A DNA stretch of 62,665 nucleotides, filler included, from an uncultured virus (IMG/VR IMGVR_UViG_2061766007_001450) (Duplodnaviria > Heunggongvirae > Uroviricota > Caudoviricetes). It is 5 parts of one record of this genome, joined end to end, with 100 filler letters (N's around TTAATTAATTAA, not from the genome) between each part and the next. Parts side by side here need not be neighbours in the genome. Positions count along the whole stretch, not along the records: positions 1,775 to 30,689 come from IMGVR_UViG_2061766007_001450; positions 30,790 to 31,626 come from IMGVR_UViG_2061766007_001450; positions 31,727 to 34,511 come from IMGVR_UViG_2061766007_001450; positions 34,612 to 62,665 come from IMGVR_UViG_2061766007_001450; 1 more part is not named here. One strand, given 5' to 3'. Of this stretch, positions 29,633 through 41,203 are shown piece after piece. Made by a program: the position numbers and the translations under genes. Positions within the stretch are counted from its first letter, which is position 1; the number at the start of each line of letters is the position of its first letter. The notes under the pieces are model-generated. The model was given only the letters and a program-made list of their open reading frames with translations, searched no databases and was not told the origin of the DNA.

Positions 29633-30511
29633 ATGAATACAACATCAAACACCGTTATCGAAAGGATAACACCCGAAAAGGCACGTGAGTATTTCAACAC
29701 GTCAATTGGAGAGGGCAGAAACGCTCGCCCCGTATCAAAGACCTACATTCAGTCCTATGCCGACACAATGCGCAAGGGTAGATGGATGCTCAATGGCGTT
29801 CCAATCATTTTCGACAACGAAGGACACCTTATTGATGGCTGTCATCGTATGTTGGCGGTTGAGAAAGCGGGCATCGCAGTCCCCTTTGAAGTGAGGCGCG
29901 GAGTGTCGCCCGAGGCATTCACTACCTACGATTGTGGCAGACACCGCACGCTCGGTCAGTTGCTTGCAATGCAAGGCACGAAAAACTACAATTTGATTGC
30001 ATCTATTGTGGTAGTCAACGAAAGACTAATCAAGAATGGCAGATTGTATGAAAACAACAATGGCAAAATGAGCGACGGAGAGTTTGTAGTCAAGCAATCC
30101 AACTACGACAAGTATGACAATTTCAAGCGAGACCCCGAGGGATTTAGCGAGGCTGCATTAATCGCAAGCAAACCGGCACGGTCAGTAATGCCGCAGTCGT
30201 GGATGTGCGGAATGTACTACTATTTGACGCACACGGGCGGCTACGACAGGGAATTTGTCAAGGAGTTTTTCTTGCAAGCAACATCAATCGAGACTGCAAA
30301 AAATCAGTCAATTGAAGTTTTGCGCCGTCGTCTGTATGCAGAGCGAATGAAAAACCGCAAACTTGATGCAGCGTTTATGTTCGCTATCATAGCCAAGGCG
30401 TGGAACGCATACGCAGTTGGACGCACTCTCAATGTCCTAAAATGGGACGCGGAGAGGGAAAAGCTCCCGACATTGTTGCTCAAAGGCGAGCGCACGCTTG
30501 ACTTCGAATAA
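29633..30511 (+). CDS. ParB/Srx-superfamily protein (DGQHR-like, here DGCHR)
   Basis: ITPE-A, N-R-V, YAD-M-KG-W-LNG-PI-FD--G-LIDGCHRM-A. Confidence 0.7.
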   Translation: MNTTSNTVIERITPEKAREYFNTSIGEGRNARPVSKTYIQSYADTMRKGRWMLNGVPIIFDNEGHLIDGCHRMLAVEKAGIAVPFEVRRGVSPEAFTTYDCGRHRTLGQLLAMQGTKNYNLIASIVVVNERLIKNGRLYENNNGKMSDGEFVVKQSNYDKYDNFKRDPEGFSEAALIASKPARSVMPQSWMCGMYYYLTHTGGYDREFVKEFFLQATSIETAKNQSIEVLRRRLYAERMKNRKLDAAFMFAIIAKAWNAYAVGRTLNVLKWDAEREKLPTLLLKGERTLDFE

Positions 30512-30789
30512 AGGCACAAAACACAATTCAACGCTATCCATCGTCTAATATTCAGGCGGTGGATAGTTTAAAAAACAAAAGTAACGGAATGATACTCAAA
30601 ATAATTTTGGCGGCACTTTGTGCGAATTTGCTATACACAAACGCAAATTTGATGTTGGCGGCATCGTCAGAGTTGGCAACGTGGCAATCNNNNNNNNNNN
30701 NNNNNNNNNNNNNNNNNNNNNNNNNNNNNNNNNTTAATTAATTAANNNNNNNNNNNNNNNNNNNNNNNNNNNNNNNNNNNNNNNNNNNN

Positions 30790-31185
30790 ATGGCAGGCAC
30801 GAATGACAGCCGCCGACTCTACGAAGATAATCATCAGCCCTTACATCTACTCCCCCACACAAGAGACCGGCGCACCGCGCACATTTGGCGGCGGTAACGA
30901 CAGCCTTGGCGGNNNNNNNNNNNNNNNNNNNNNNNNNNNNNNNNNNNNNNNNNNNNNNNNNNNNNNNNNNNNNNNNNNNNNNNNNNNNNNNNNNNNNNNN
31001 NNNNNTGTTTACCTTATTGACGAAAACGGCAACGTTGAAGCCTTGGGCATCACCGACAGCGACAACAACGATTACATTTACCCCATTCCGATTAGGGCGT
31101 TTTTCGTTGGTGACAAAGTTCACGGCGGTATCGATAACCCCGACACAAACGCTATTCAGTGGTCATTCTTGCCTAACTACTCCGA
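30790..31185 (+). CDS. Putative virion structural protein fragment
   Basis: YPIPI--FFVGDKVHGGIDNPDTNAIQWSFLPNYS shared with 61825-62665; sits before the portal fragment. Confidence 0.5.
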
Positions 31186-31362
31186 NNNNNNNNNNNNNNN
31201 NNNNNNNNNNNNNNNNNNNNNNNNNNNNNNNNNNNNNNNNNNNNNNNNNNNNNNNNNNNNNNNNNNNNNNNNNNNNNNNNNNNNNNNNNNNNNNNNNNNN
31301 NNNNNNNNNNNNNNNNNNNNNNNNNNNNNNNNNNNNNNNNNNNNNNNNNNNNNNNNNNNNNN

Positions 31363-31626
31363 ACAAAACGCCCTAAAAGAGGGGTGGGGAAGAAAGACGG
31401 TAACGAGGGCGATAGCGCACCAAAACCGCCTGAAATTTCACGCCCAGACGGAACTGACGGCTAACTTATCGCAGCCGTTTGCAGATTTTATGGCATTTGT
31501 AAGTAACATATTGCCGCACGACAAATTAAAATTGTTTAAAACATTATTCCGTTATCCCCTCAAAACAAACGAGGTTACGGCAAAATGTTTTGACAAACTA
31601 TCCCGAATTTTTGACGGAAGAAATCC
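31363..31626 (+). CDS. Putative portal protein N-terminal fragment
   Basis: Ends KCFDKLSRIFDGRN, overlapping the sequence at 34467-34511 (-). Confidence 0.55.
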
Positions 31627-31726
31627 NNNNNNNNNNNNNNNNNNNNNNNNNNNNNNNNNNNNNNNNNNNNTTAATTAATTAANNNNNNNNNNNNNNNNNN
31701 NNNNNNNNNNNNNNNNNNNNNNNNNN

Positions 31727-32272
31727 CTTGACTTTTGCCAAAACGCTGTTTTTAGCCATCGCCATCAAAGTAGGCGTTAATCCCTCTTTGAACTTCACGC
31801 CGCCCAAGGCGTTTGCAACCTCGCTTTCGATTTTCACGTGAAACACATCTTTTGCAAACTTATCTTTTGCGCCGTCGTATTCCGTTTTGAGGTCGTTAAA
31901 CTGTTTCGTGATTGCGGCAAGGTCTTTTTCGGCTTGCTGCAATTTGTTTTTTGTTTCGGTGTCGTGGCTGCCGTCTGCGATTGCCTTTTGCAATTTGGCG
32001 TTTGTCACTGTCAGTTCCTCAACTTGTTTTGTCGCTGCCGTTGCCTTGGCGCGCACCTCGTTGGCGGCTCTCTCCATATAGAGGTATGTTTTTTCGTCGC
32101 CATTGCGCTTTACGCCCGTGGACTTTTCGATGATGCTGTCAAGATTTCTGTAAACCTCACCAAACTTATCACCAATTACTTTGTCCTCGTCTGCCTTTGA
32201 CAACTCGGCAATTTTGGCGGCTTGCTCGTCATTGATGCCATCAACCGCCTTGATGTTTTCGATAGTTAACAT
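31727..32272 (-). CDS. Putative capsid scaffolding protein, 3' partial
   Basis: Coiled-coil, K/E/A-rich; two genes downstream of the putative portal. Confidence 0.5.
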
Positions 32273-32294
32273 TTCTTACCCTTTGAAATTGTTG

Positions 32295-32729
32295 TTACTC
32301 TGATTTCTTTTTTGTGCCTTGCTTTTCGGCAAGTGCCTTTTCGACTGCGGCATTGATGCGGTCTTGCATCTCCGCCTCTTTCTCGGCGATTTTCTTTGCC
32401 ACGATTGCGTCAATCTCGGCTTGCCTTGCCGCCCTCTGTACGGTCGTGCCTTTTGCTTTCAACTCGTCAAGATAGGCGGTCGGGTCGTAAAGTACCGTGA
32501 TTTCGTAGCCTTGTTTTTCCCAACTTTCGCGCAATGCGTGGAATGTCTTTGCGCCGAATTTCTGCAACTTCGGGCGGCTGATACGCTTACCCGTCTTTGG
32601 GTCGAATGTTGGTATCTCCATTGTTACGTGCCAAAGGTGCTTTTCCTTGTCAGGAACAATGTAATTGTCTTTTGTTACGGCGGTTATCTCCACGTCCTTT
32701 TTGCCGCCGTCTTCTGTCTTTACAAACAT
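32295..32729 (-). CDS. Hypothetical head-module protein
   Basis: Clean 144-aa ORF, co-oriented. Confidence 0.7.
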   Translation of the reverse strand: MFVKTEDGGKKDVEITAVTKDNYIVPDKEKHLWHVTMEIPTFDPKTGKRISRPKLQKFGAKTFHALRESWEKQGYEITVLYDPTAYLDELKAKGTTVQRAARQAEIDAIVAKKIAEKEAEMQDRINAAVEKALAEKQGTKKKSE

Positions 32730-32743
32730 AGTTGTTATTCCTT

Positions 32744-34511
32744 TTAGTTAATGTATGTTGTTAATGTTTCTTTGATGCGCTTTATTTTGTCGGCATAGTT
32801 CAATGCCGTGCCAAATTCCACGATATTGAGGTTTTCGCGCTCAAAACGCTTTACCAAGTTGGTAAAGTTCAATTTGAGTTTCAAATCCTCGTCCGATACT
32901 ACGCCTGCCGTGTGCAAATCCGTCACCTCTTTTGCCGTCAAATGACGATACGGTTCTAATTCGTGCAATATCATCATTCTTTGCAGTTCGGCGGGATTGT
33001 GGCGAAATTCTGTCTCCAAAATTTGTTGCTGCAAAGCGTCTAATTCGCTTTCCGATGCGCCGCTCTCTTTCGCGTCCTTGTACCTTTCGCGCAATGTTGC
33101 TGCATCGAAAATGAAAAACTCCGTGCCATAGTTGATTGATGCCGAAACAAAAGCATCGCCGTATCTTAGTCTGCATACGGTTGCATCAACAAAAGTTTGC
33201 GCCTTTTCAAATTGCTTTTTTACATTGTTCAAGGCGTTGATTTGACTTTGGAATGATGCCAATACTTGTTGCTCGTTGATGGCTGTTTTGGTCTGCGCGT
33301 CCTCTGTGTAACCGCAAACGGCGTTGATGATTTCGCGCTCCAATCTGCCAATCTCCGACACGTTGTAATCCAAACTGTCTTTGTCAACGGTCAGCATTTG
33401 GACGGGGTTTCGCAAATCGGGCTGTCCCTCGGTCGGGATAGGGATTTCAACGAATGAACCGACGCCCACAATGCGCTTGTCGCCACACTTCGGGCAACGG
33501 CACATAAGACCGTTTGCGTCAAACTTATAAAAACCTTGTTTGTCTTTCAAAAATCCGCCGTCGCAATAGTCGCCGTTTTCCGCGTTGGTATAATCGCACG
33601 CCTGCTCATAACCGCTGTAAATCGGGTAACTTGCATACAAATCAAGATGCCTTTTTGACAGCGTGAAAAACAAATACCAATCGAGCGCGTCAAGTTCCTT
33701 TGTTAGTGGGGACGCTTTCACATCCGGCTCGCTGATGCTGATAGGCTCTGTGACAAAGAACATCGCGGGAACATATCCCAAATTGTGCGCCGACTGCGAT
33801 ATTAACTCGCCAAGGCTCTCGCGGTCGTTGACATAGACGCTGTATGTGTCTGCATCAATCACCGTGAATGTTGCGCCGCCNNNNNNNNNNGTCGCCGTTT
33901 TCCGCGTTGGTAAAATCGCACGCTTGTTCATAACCGCTGTAAATCGGGTAACTTGCATACAAATCAAGATGCCTTTTTGACAGCGTGAAAAACAAATACC
34001 AATCAAGCGCATCAAGTTCTTTTGTCAGTGGGGACGCTTTAACGTCCGGCTCGCTGATGCTGATAGGCTCTGTAACAAAGAATATCGCGGGAACGTACCC
34101 AAGATTGTGCGCCGATTGCGATATTAACTCGCCAAGGCTCTCGCGGTCGTTAACATAGACGCTGTATGTGTCTGCATCAATCACCGTGAATGTTGCGCCG
34201 CCGTCAGACTTGATGATAATAAAATCAAAGTCCTTGCCGCTCTTGCCGTATGCCGCCACGTCAGAAATTGACAGCCAATAAAAGTATGGCTCGGGCTGCT
34301 CGGTCATTTGCTCTTTCGGCAAGTCAACTATCAATACGCTGTTTGGCTCGGTCTTGTAAAAGTCCCATCCCAAAGTTTGCCATATTTCAGGCTCTTTTAA
34401 TTTGTCGTGTCTGTACCACTGCCAATCGTCCAAAGTTTCAGACGATTTAAATTGGTAATTAAACACGGGATTTCTTCCGTCAAAAATTCGGGATAGTTTG
34501 TCAAAACATTT
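32744..34511 (-). CDS. Putative portal protein (two overlapping variant pieces)
   Basis: About 600 aa when joined; HNLGYVP, helical C-terminal half, Cys cluster insert; head-module position. Confidence 0.6.
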
Positions 34512-34667
34512 NNNNNNNNNNNNNNNNNNNNNNNNNNNNNNNNNNNNNNNNNNNNTTAATTAATTAANNNNNNNNNNNNNNNNNNNNNNNNNNNNNNNNN
34601 NNNNNNNNNNNCCACATCGCCAATAACGTTGCCAACTTTGCGCCAAATCTTTTTCCGTATCTTGCCG

Positions 34668-34973
34668 TTAATTTTCATAACTCATTGCCGCTGCTATCAT
34701 TTGCAATGTTGCAGTTGTTAACAGTTGTTGGGGCGTTACTCTCAACAAACGCCACCCCAACACCGCCGCCGCGTTGTATTTCTCCATATCTTTCAAAAAG
34801 CCACTCGCCCGATTGTGCCGTCCATCTATCCACGCGCCGCCCTCAACTTCGATGGCGATTTTGTGGGACGGAATGGCATAATCGAAACGCCATTTTCTTT
34901 TTGGGTGGAATTGGTATTCTGTTACAACGTCCGCACCGCAATAACCTTTGCACAACTTTACAAATATATTCAT
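34668..34973 (-). CDS. PD-(D/E)xK endonuclease (DUF559/Vsr-like)
   Basis: EYQFHPKRKWRFDYA...IAIEVEGG...RH...DMEKYN-A--LGW; second copy 36307-36599. Confidence 0.85.
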   Translation of the reverse strand: MNIFVKLCKGYCGADVVTEYQFHPKRKWRFDYAIPSHKIAIEVEGGAWIDGRHNRASGFLKDMEKYNAAAVLGWRLLRVTPQQLLTTATLQMIAAAMSYEN

Positions 34974-35542
34974 TATGCCGCAATTTTGATTATCATACCC
35001 AACTTTTCNNNNNNNNNNNNNNNNNNNNNNNNNNNNNNNNNNNNNNNNNNNNNNNNNNNNNNNNNNNNNNNNNNNNNNNNNNNNNNNNNNNNNNNNNNNN
35101 NNNNNNNNNNNNNNNNNNNNNNNNNNNNNNNNNNNNNNNNNNNNNNAAGTCCCCAATTAAGACGTACCTCGTCCGCGTCTCTCGTTTTCCGCCACGATGC
35201 CTTTCGTTTTGCATTGATTACAGCCAATTGCGCGGGTGTCTTTTTCGATAAAGACCACTCGCCCTCTTTAAAGCATCTTTCGGGGTTTCTGTTTTGGTTG
35301 GCTTGCTGTCTGCGCCGCTCCTTTGCCGCCTCGTCCTCGGCTGCGATTGCCGCCTTGCCCGCCATTGATGCCGCCATCTGCATCTTCGCCATAAATTGCC
35401 GTGTTTTCTTTAATCCCAACTCTCGCGCAATTCTGTGAAGTGTAGAATGGCTTAGTCCCAAACGCTCACGAATAACATCATTTTTCGTGTGCTTGAAATG
35501 TTTTTGCAGCCATTTTATTTGCGGCTCTGATAGCGTTATTTT
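34973..35542 (-). CDS. HTH-containing basic protein (gapped)
   Basis: Copy of 37006-37517. Confidence 0.65.
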   Translation of the reverse strand, partial: KITLSEPQIKWLQKHFKHTKNDVIRERLGLSHSTLHRIARELGLKKTRQFMAKMQMAASMAGKAAIAAEDEAAKERRRQQANQNRNPERCFKEGEWSLSKKTPAQLAVINAKRKASWRKTRDADEVRLNWGLXXXXXXXXXXXXXXXXXXXXXXXXXXXXXXXXXXXXXXXXXXXXXXEKLGMIIKIAA

Positions 35543-36595
35543 NNNNNNNNNNTTTGATGCTTAATATCGTTTTGCTGATGTCAGCATCTTGATGTTCGGC
35601 GTTTATCTCTTTCCCGACGTCGGGAAGTTCATTTGGCTCGCCATCAATCATTTTAGTGACCTCACGAAATTGGTCGGGGGTCGGCTCTGTTTCAAACGGT
35701 GTCATTTTGTTGCCGGTTGCGGCATTGTCGGCACGGTCTTTTTGATACAAAAAACATTTGTGCCAATATTGCGCGTCGTGTCCCTCAACCTCGTTGCCGT
35801 TATCCTCTGCATCTTCATTGCGCTTNNNNNNNNNNCTTAATGCTTAATATCGTTTTGCTGATGTCAGCATCTTGATGCTCGGCGTTTATCTCTTTCCTGA
35901 TGTCGGGAAGTTCTTTTGGCTCGTCCTCAATCATTTTCGTGACCTCACGAAATTGGTCGGGGGTCGGCTCTGTTTCAAACGGTGTCATTTTGTTACCGGT
36001 TGCGGCATTGTCGGCACGGTCTTTTTGATACAGAAAACATTTGTGCCAATATGCCGCATCGTGTCCCTCAACCTCGTTGCCGTTATCCTCTGCATCTTCA
36101 TTGCGCTTNNNNNNNNNNACTCTATATTAAGTTGTATTTGGTTACTGATTTAGTAACCGATTTTTTATTTCAATGCTGATAACGTTATCTTTCCAACAAT
36201 CATCAACGGCAATAAAGCAAGGAACATCGCCACGAATAGCACACACAAAGTCACATCGCCAATAACGCTGCCGACTTTGCGCCAAATCTTTTTCCTTATT
36301 TTGACGTTAATTCTCATAACTCAATGCCGCTGCTACCATTTGCAATGTTGCAGTTGTTAACAGTTGTTGGGGCGTTACTCTCAACANNNNNNNNNNNNNN
36401 NNNNNNNNNNNNNNNNNNNNNNNNNNNNNNNNNNNNNNNNNNNNNNNNNNNNNNNNNNNNNNNNNNNNNNNATGGCGATTTTGTGTGTGGGGATAGCATA
36501 ATCGAAACGCCATTTGCGTTTTGGGTGGAACTGATATTCTGTTACAACATCCGCGCCGCAATAGCCTTTGCAAAGTTTGACAAAAATGTTCACTT

Positions 36596-37006
36596 TCATA
36601 TTATAAAATCTGTTGTGCCTTTATGTTTATCAACTATCATTTGCAATATTTTTGTGATAATCGCCCTTGCAAATGTATTATCACACATTGCGTCGTAATT
36701 CTTGCCATCCTTTGCGAATACCAAAACCCTGCTAATTGAGATTTTTTCCGTTTTGAGAAAATGACGGCTGAATTGAACATAATCACATAATTCGATGTTT
36801 AATTTGTCCAACAGCCATCCTGCAACAGCGGCGCAAAAGGTGTCTATGCTGTTAGACAGCGTGTAGCCATTCCTTCCATCTTTTGCATCAACGGCGCAAA
36901 TTTCTTCTATCTCGATGCCTACTTGCTTCAATACTGCATCGGCTTTTGCATTGCTCTCTGCACCGGGCAAAGGCAAATCCCAAGTATTTTCCTTTTGTTT
37001 TTTCAT
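36596..37006 (-). CDS. Inserted hypothetical protein (136 aa)
   Basis: Absent at the equivalent junction (34973). Confidence 0.65.
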   Translation of the reverse strand: MKKQKENTWDLPLPGAESNAKADAVLKQVGIEIEEICAVDAKDGRNGYTLSNSIDTFCAAVAGWLLDKLNIELCDYVQFSRHFLKTEKISISRVLVFAKDGKNYDAMCDNTFARAIITKILQMIVDKHKGTTDFII

Positions 37007-37517
37007 TATGCTGCAATTTTAATTATCATTCCTAATTTCTTTGCTTTTGTCTCCATCTTTGCGCTGCGCCTTGTTTCACGTGTAACATAGACAGCCATTN
37101 NNNNNNNNNGAGTCCCCAATTCAGACGTACCTCGTCCGCTTGCCTTGTTTTTAGCCACGATGCCTTTCTCTTTGCGTTGATGATAGAGAGTTTTTCGGGC
37201 GGGCATTTTGCCAAAGACCACTTCCCCTTTTTAAAGCATCTTTCGGGGTTGCGGTTGGCGTTGGCTTGCTGTCTGCGCCGCTCCTTTGCTGCCTCGTCCT
37301 CGGCTGCGATTGCCGCCTTGCCCGCCATTGATGCCGCCATCTGCATCTTCGCCATAAATTGCCGTGTTTTCTTTAATCCCAACTCTCGCGCAATTCTGTG
37401 AAGTGTAGAATGGCTCAATCCCAAACGTTCACGAATAACATCGTTTTTCGTGTGCTTAAAGTGTTTCTTTAACCACTTTATTTGCGGCTCTGATAGCGTT
37501 ATTTTCTCGAATTTCAT
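37006..37517 (-). CDS. HTH-containing basic protein (gapped)
   Basis: WLKKHFKHTKNDVIRERLGLSHSTLHRIARELGLKK. Confidence 0.7.
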
Positions 37518-38206
37518 AAGTCGTAAATTTTTCTGATTTCATTTTTCACTTCATCGGGCAAGTCCTTGATGCGCTCGCGCCTTTTGTCGGGGTCTTTCAT
37601 TCGGGCAAACGCCCTTTTGATGCTTAGTATCGTATTGCTGATGTCAACATCTTGATGCTCTGCGTTTATCTCTTTCCTGATGTCGGGAAGTTCTTTTGGC
37701 TCGTCCTCTATCATTTTCGTGACCTCACGCAAATGCTCCGTTATCGGCTCTGTATTTTCAAACGGTGTCATTTTGTTGCCGGTTACGGCATTGTCGGCAC
37801 GGTCTTTTTGATACAGAAAACATTTGTGCCAATAGACAGCATCGTGTCCCTCAACCTCGTTGCAATTATCCTCTGCATCGTCATTGCGCTTGATGGCAAA
37901 TGCAACAATCAAGGTGTAAGCGGTGTAAATGCCGAAATACACTGCCACAATCATTTTGAAGTTCGCGCCGTGGTCGGCAAAATGCAAAAACACCGCCGCG
38001 CCGTCCAATATCGCAAAACAGACGATTGCAAAAAGACTCTGCATTTTGAATATTGACAGCGTGGATATAAGGCTGTAAGTGATAGCAAAAACTACCATCA
38101 ACAAAGATTGCCACGTTGCCAACTCTGACGATGCCGCCAACATCAAATTTGCGTTGGTGTAAAGCAAATTCGCGCAAAGTGCCGCCAAAATTATCTTTAA
38201 TATCAT
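37514..38206 (-). CDS. Four-TM protein with charged C-terminal domain
   Basis: Four hydrophobic helices in the first 105 aa; several variant copies. Confidence 0.75.
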   Translation of the reverse strand: MILKIILAALCANLLYTNANLMLAASSELATWQSLLMVVFAITYSLISTLSIFKMQSLFAIVCFAILDGAAVFLHFADHGANFKMIVAVYFGIYTAYTLIVAFAIKRNDDAEDNCNEVEGHDAVYWHKCFLYQKDRADNAVTGNKMTPFENTEPITEHLREVTKMIEDEPKELPDIRKEINAEHQDVDISNTILSIKRAFARMKDPDKRRERIKDLPDEVKNEIRKIYDL

Positions 38207-38235
38207 TTTTACAATTTAATTAATTGTTAGTTTTT

Positions 38236-38724
38236 CTAAAATGGTAGATTGGTATCAATCTCATTTTTGGGAGGTTCGATAAAATTAGGATTGTCAAAAA
38301 TATAGCCACCACTTGTCAAATATATATCGTTTCGATAATAAGTGTAGATTTCTTGCTCTATAAAGTTGCACAAATGTTTTAATACGATTTTTCTTTTACC
38401 TTTCCGTGCAACATAGCAACCCCAATCATCATCATATTCGCAGACACCCAAAAGTATAGGCTCGGGGTCTCCGGCAAATCCTAACATAACGAATTGTCCT
38501 TCGCAAAAAAACTTTGTTTTGCTACCGTCAAAAATAGGGCAGTCGGTTTTTACCCCAACACTCTTTCCGTGAACGGGGATGTCGTTAACGCTATGCGAAT
38601 GTGTCCCAAATGTATATTTGATTTTACCAAATAACCATTCGCCAGTTTCTATTGATTTTCCGATACCATAGCCTCTATCAATAAAGGTTATTGGTGTAAC
38701 GTATGTGTCTAATGAATTAGCCAT
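38236..38724 (-). CDS. YopX-like protein in a variable slot
   Basis: GKSIETGEWLFG, SVG, G-IFDNP; ends DTNLPF. Confidence 0.55.
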   Translation of the reverse strand: MANSLDTYVTPITFIDRGYGIGKSIETGEWLFGKIKYTFGTHSHSVNDIPVHGKSVGVKTDCPIFDGSKTKFFCEGQFVMLGFAGDPEPILLGVCEYDDDWGCYVARKGKRKIVLKHLCNFIEQEIYTYYRNDIYLTSGGYIFDNPNFIEPPKNEIDTNLPF

Positions 38725-38737
38725 AGTTTCTCTTTGA

Positions 38738-39035
38738 TTAAAACAGTTTAAACTCAATCGTTTTTGTCGTTGTCTTTATCTCCTTTACGTCTTTGGCTAT
38801 TTCGTCCACCTTGCCGTCAAGGGTGCGCACTTCCGCCTTGATGCTGTCGGTGTTGGCCTTTGTTTCGCGTGAAACTTTCCAGACCTTTGCAACGTCAGCG
38901 CGCACACTGTCGATCCGTGCGTTTAATTCCTCGATGCGCTTGTCAAAATGCGCCCGCGTCACCTCGTCGCCGCCAATCATCATGTTAACGGCGACGGCGA
39001 TTATTACGGCGGCAATGATTGTTAATATTGTTTTC
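38738..39035 (-). CDS. Signal-anchored coiled-coil protein, 5' partial
   Basis: RIDSVRADVAKVWKVSRETK...TIEFKLF. Confidence 0.7.
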
Positions 39036-39066
39036 NNNNNNNNNNNNNNNNNNNNNNNNNNNNNNN

Positions 39067-39404
39067 TAAATACCCAAAAACATTTTTACTTGTCCTCGTG
39101 TACATACGAAAATATTATGATAATATGATGTTTTTCTGTTGTATATGTGAAATTTCCAAATAGCATTATCCAATATTTCAGCTCCCAAATCTACACCCCC
39201 AACTGTCCTTAAAAAGTTAACACCTCTTGGACGGCTAACGCTAAATTTATTTTCAACCAGCCATTCCGCGCTAATAGGCGTTACATCTTCATAAGACGAT
39301 AATTTTTGCAGCCAGCCCGCAAGTTGCTGATGTTCTTTGCCGCACTCGTCGCACTTGACGGCGGCAACATCTTGACAGTGTTTTATTGCCTCTTTCAGTG
39401 TCAT
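39067..39404 (-). CDS. Inserted hypothetical protein, 3' partial
   Basis: MTLKEAIKHC...CDECGKEHQQLAGWL; ATGA overlap with the upstream stop. Confidence 0.65.
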
Positions 39405-40269
39405 TTTTGCCTCCTCTGGATGGTGTTCAACATATCGGCATATTGTCGTTTTATCTCCTCGACAAGTGCCGCCTCGTCGGGGTATGACTTTTGAACTATC
39501 AAGCCGNNNNNNNNNNNNNNNNNNNNNNNNNNNNNTGATTTTGTTTTGCAATTTGTTTTACATAATCAAAATCAAATTTTGTTTTGTTTTGTTCCGTCGT
39601 CGGTGTGTCTGTTGCGCCGCCGTCGGGGGTGACAATCCAAAACCAAACTTTTGTAACAATCACCGAAACAAGAACCGCCAGCACAATCAAATAACAAACG
39701 CGGAACAAAGACGGGCGGGATGTTATCTTCATTGCCGCAACAACGGGCGACAATGTTTCTTGTGTGTATTCCCTGCCGTCGGGTCGGCGTATGCCTCGGC
39801 GGTTGATTTCGTCCACGNNNNNNNNNNNNNNNNNNGGGAACGCTTGAAAATCTCGGTATGTGCCGTTGCTCGTCTCTCTGATAAACTTTGCATTTTTCAG
39901 CATCTCCACCGCCTCGGCGTGCGCCCTGCAAATCTGTTTTGCTGTCGGCGGTTTGCGCCTTGCGGCACGTGCCGACGATGTGTCTCTTCTTGTCGTGTTG
40001 TTGTCGTCATTCTGTCGTGACGCTGTTACAACGTCGTTACAACTTTGTCCCGATACTGTCAGAATGTTGTCGCGTCTCTGCATCAATGATTGTTGCATCT
40101 GGGCAAGGAGCGCGCAAAATTCCGCATAGGGAATTAACACCTCCCCCTCCCCCACTTCGCGACTCATCGTGCCGTCGGTGGAGTGGAACCAGGTCTCGCC
40201 GTCGGTGTCGGCTACGTGTCCGACCGTCATTGATTGCGGGTCAAAGTATGTTGTTTTTTGTGTCGTCAT
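39401..40269 (-). CDS. DNA-binding-segment plus TM protein (divergent, gapped)
   Basis: TYFDP-SM-VG, VDEINRRGIRR-DG--YTQETLSP, TM helix, KSYPDEAAL. Confidence 0.7.
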
Positions 40270-40805
40270 TCTTTCGTGTATATGTATTTCAACATTTGTT
40301 TCAAATCAAAGTTTTTGCCAGGGCAAGAGGTGTTATTGCCCGCCCAATCTCCGTGTCCCTTGATATTTTGTTTTGGGATGTCATACTCCCAACAAAGTTT
40401 GTTAACTAAACAAATCAACAAAATTTGTTGTGTGAGTGTCGGGCGGCTTTTGTTGAAGTCTCCATGTACGCAAATGCCAATATTGCCCGTGTTCCCATTT
40501 TTAACGTGTGTGCCGCGCTGCCTCTCGTCCCTTATCTTATAAATTCGGTCGGGCATTACGACGTAATGGTAGGCGATGCCGTACTCCATCTCGCAAGTGT
40601 CACGGTGGTAACGGTTGATTTCGTCGCACGTGGTAGGGCGGTCGACGCCGTCGTGATGTATCGTTAAAAAACGCGGTGTCGCCGTTATCGGTGACGGGGT
40701 GAAACACTCCGTCACGTCCTTATAGTAGCGACTACACAAGGCATCGACCAGAAACCAAACCACCGCCGCACTCACTGCGACGAAACGAAACACCTTTTTA
40801 ACCAT
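40266..40805 (-). CDS. Amidase with N-terminal signal/anchor
   Basis: LTIHH, AYHY, GTHV, NIGICVHGDF, GHGDW, TSCPG. Confidence 0.85.
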   Translation of the reverse strand: MVKKVFRFVAVSAAVVWFLVDALCSRYYKDVTECFTPSPITATPRFLTIHHDGVDRPTTCDEINRYHRDTCEMEYGIAYHYVVMPDRIYKIRDERQRGTHVKNGNTGNIGICVHGDFNKSRPTLTQQILLICLVNKLCWEYDIPKQNIKGHGDWAGNNTSCPGKNFDLKQMLKYIYTKE

Positions 40806-41203
40806 TCACACATATCTTTGTAGTCTGACAGCATACCGTCAACACCGTTGTTGTAGATGTACATTGCAACGAGAATGACCGCCGCCGCCGCTAATAATAT
40901 TTTTGCCGCCGTCTGCATCGACGACAAGACCAAGGCGAGCAACTTTTTTGTAAGGTCTGCGCCGAAACACACGGCAATGATAACGAGGTCAACTAAAAAA
41001 GCCAGCGCGAAAAGGCACGGGAACGCGACCAAGTAGTAACCTACTTTGTACCCCCACCAAACGTGGTGCGCAATCTTCCCGAAATTGGAGAGAAACCACG
41101 CCGTGGTCGTGAACGTGGAACTTTCGATTTTCTCACGTTCAAACGCTGGGCGGCTCTGCTCACCCGTTGCGGGAAGCTCTACATAGTCAACTTCTTGTAT
41201 CAT
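40772..41203 (-). CDS. Membrane protein (possible holin)
   Basis: Homolog of 15366-15809. Confidence 0.65.
   Translation of the reverse strand: MIQEVDYVELPATGEQSRPAFEREKIESSTFTTTAWFLSNFGKIAHHVWWGYKVGYYLVAFPCLFALAFLVDLVIIAVCFGADLTKKLLALVLSSMQTAAKILLAAAAVILVAMYIYNNGVDGMLSDYKDMCEWLKRCFVSSQ

Noticed and set aside
1719..34567. TTAATTAATTAA occurring four times
   Set aside because: Always isolated between N runs; an artificial all-frame-stop linker
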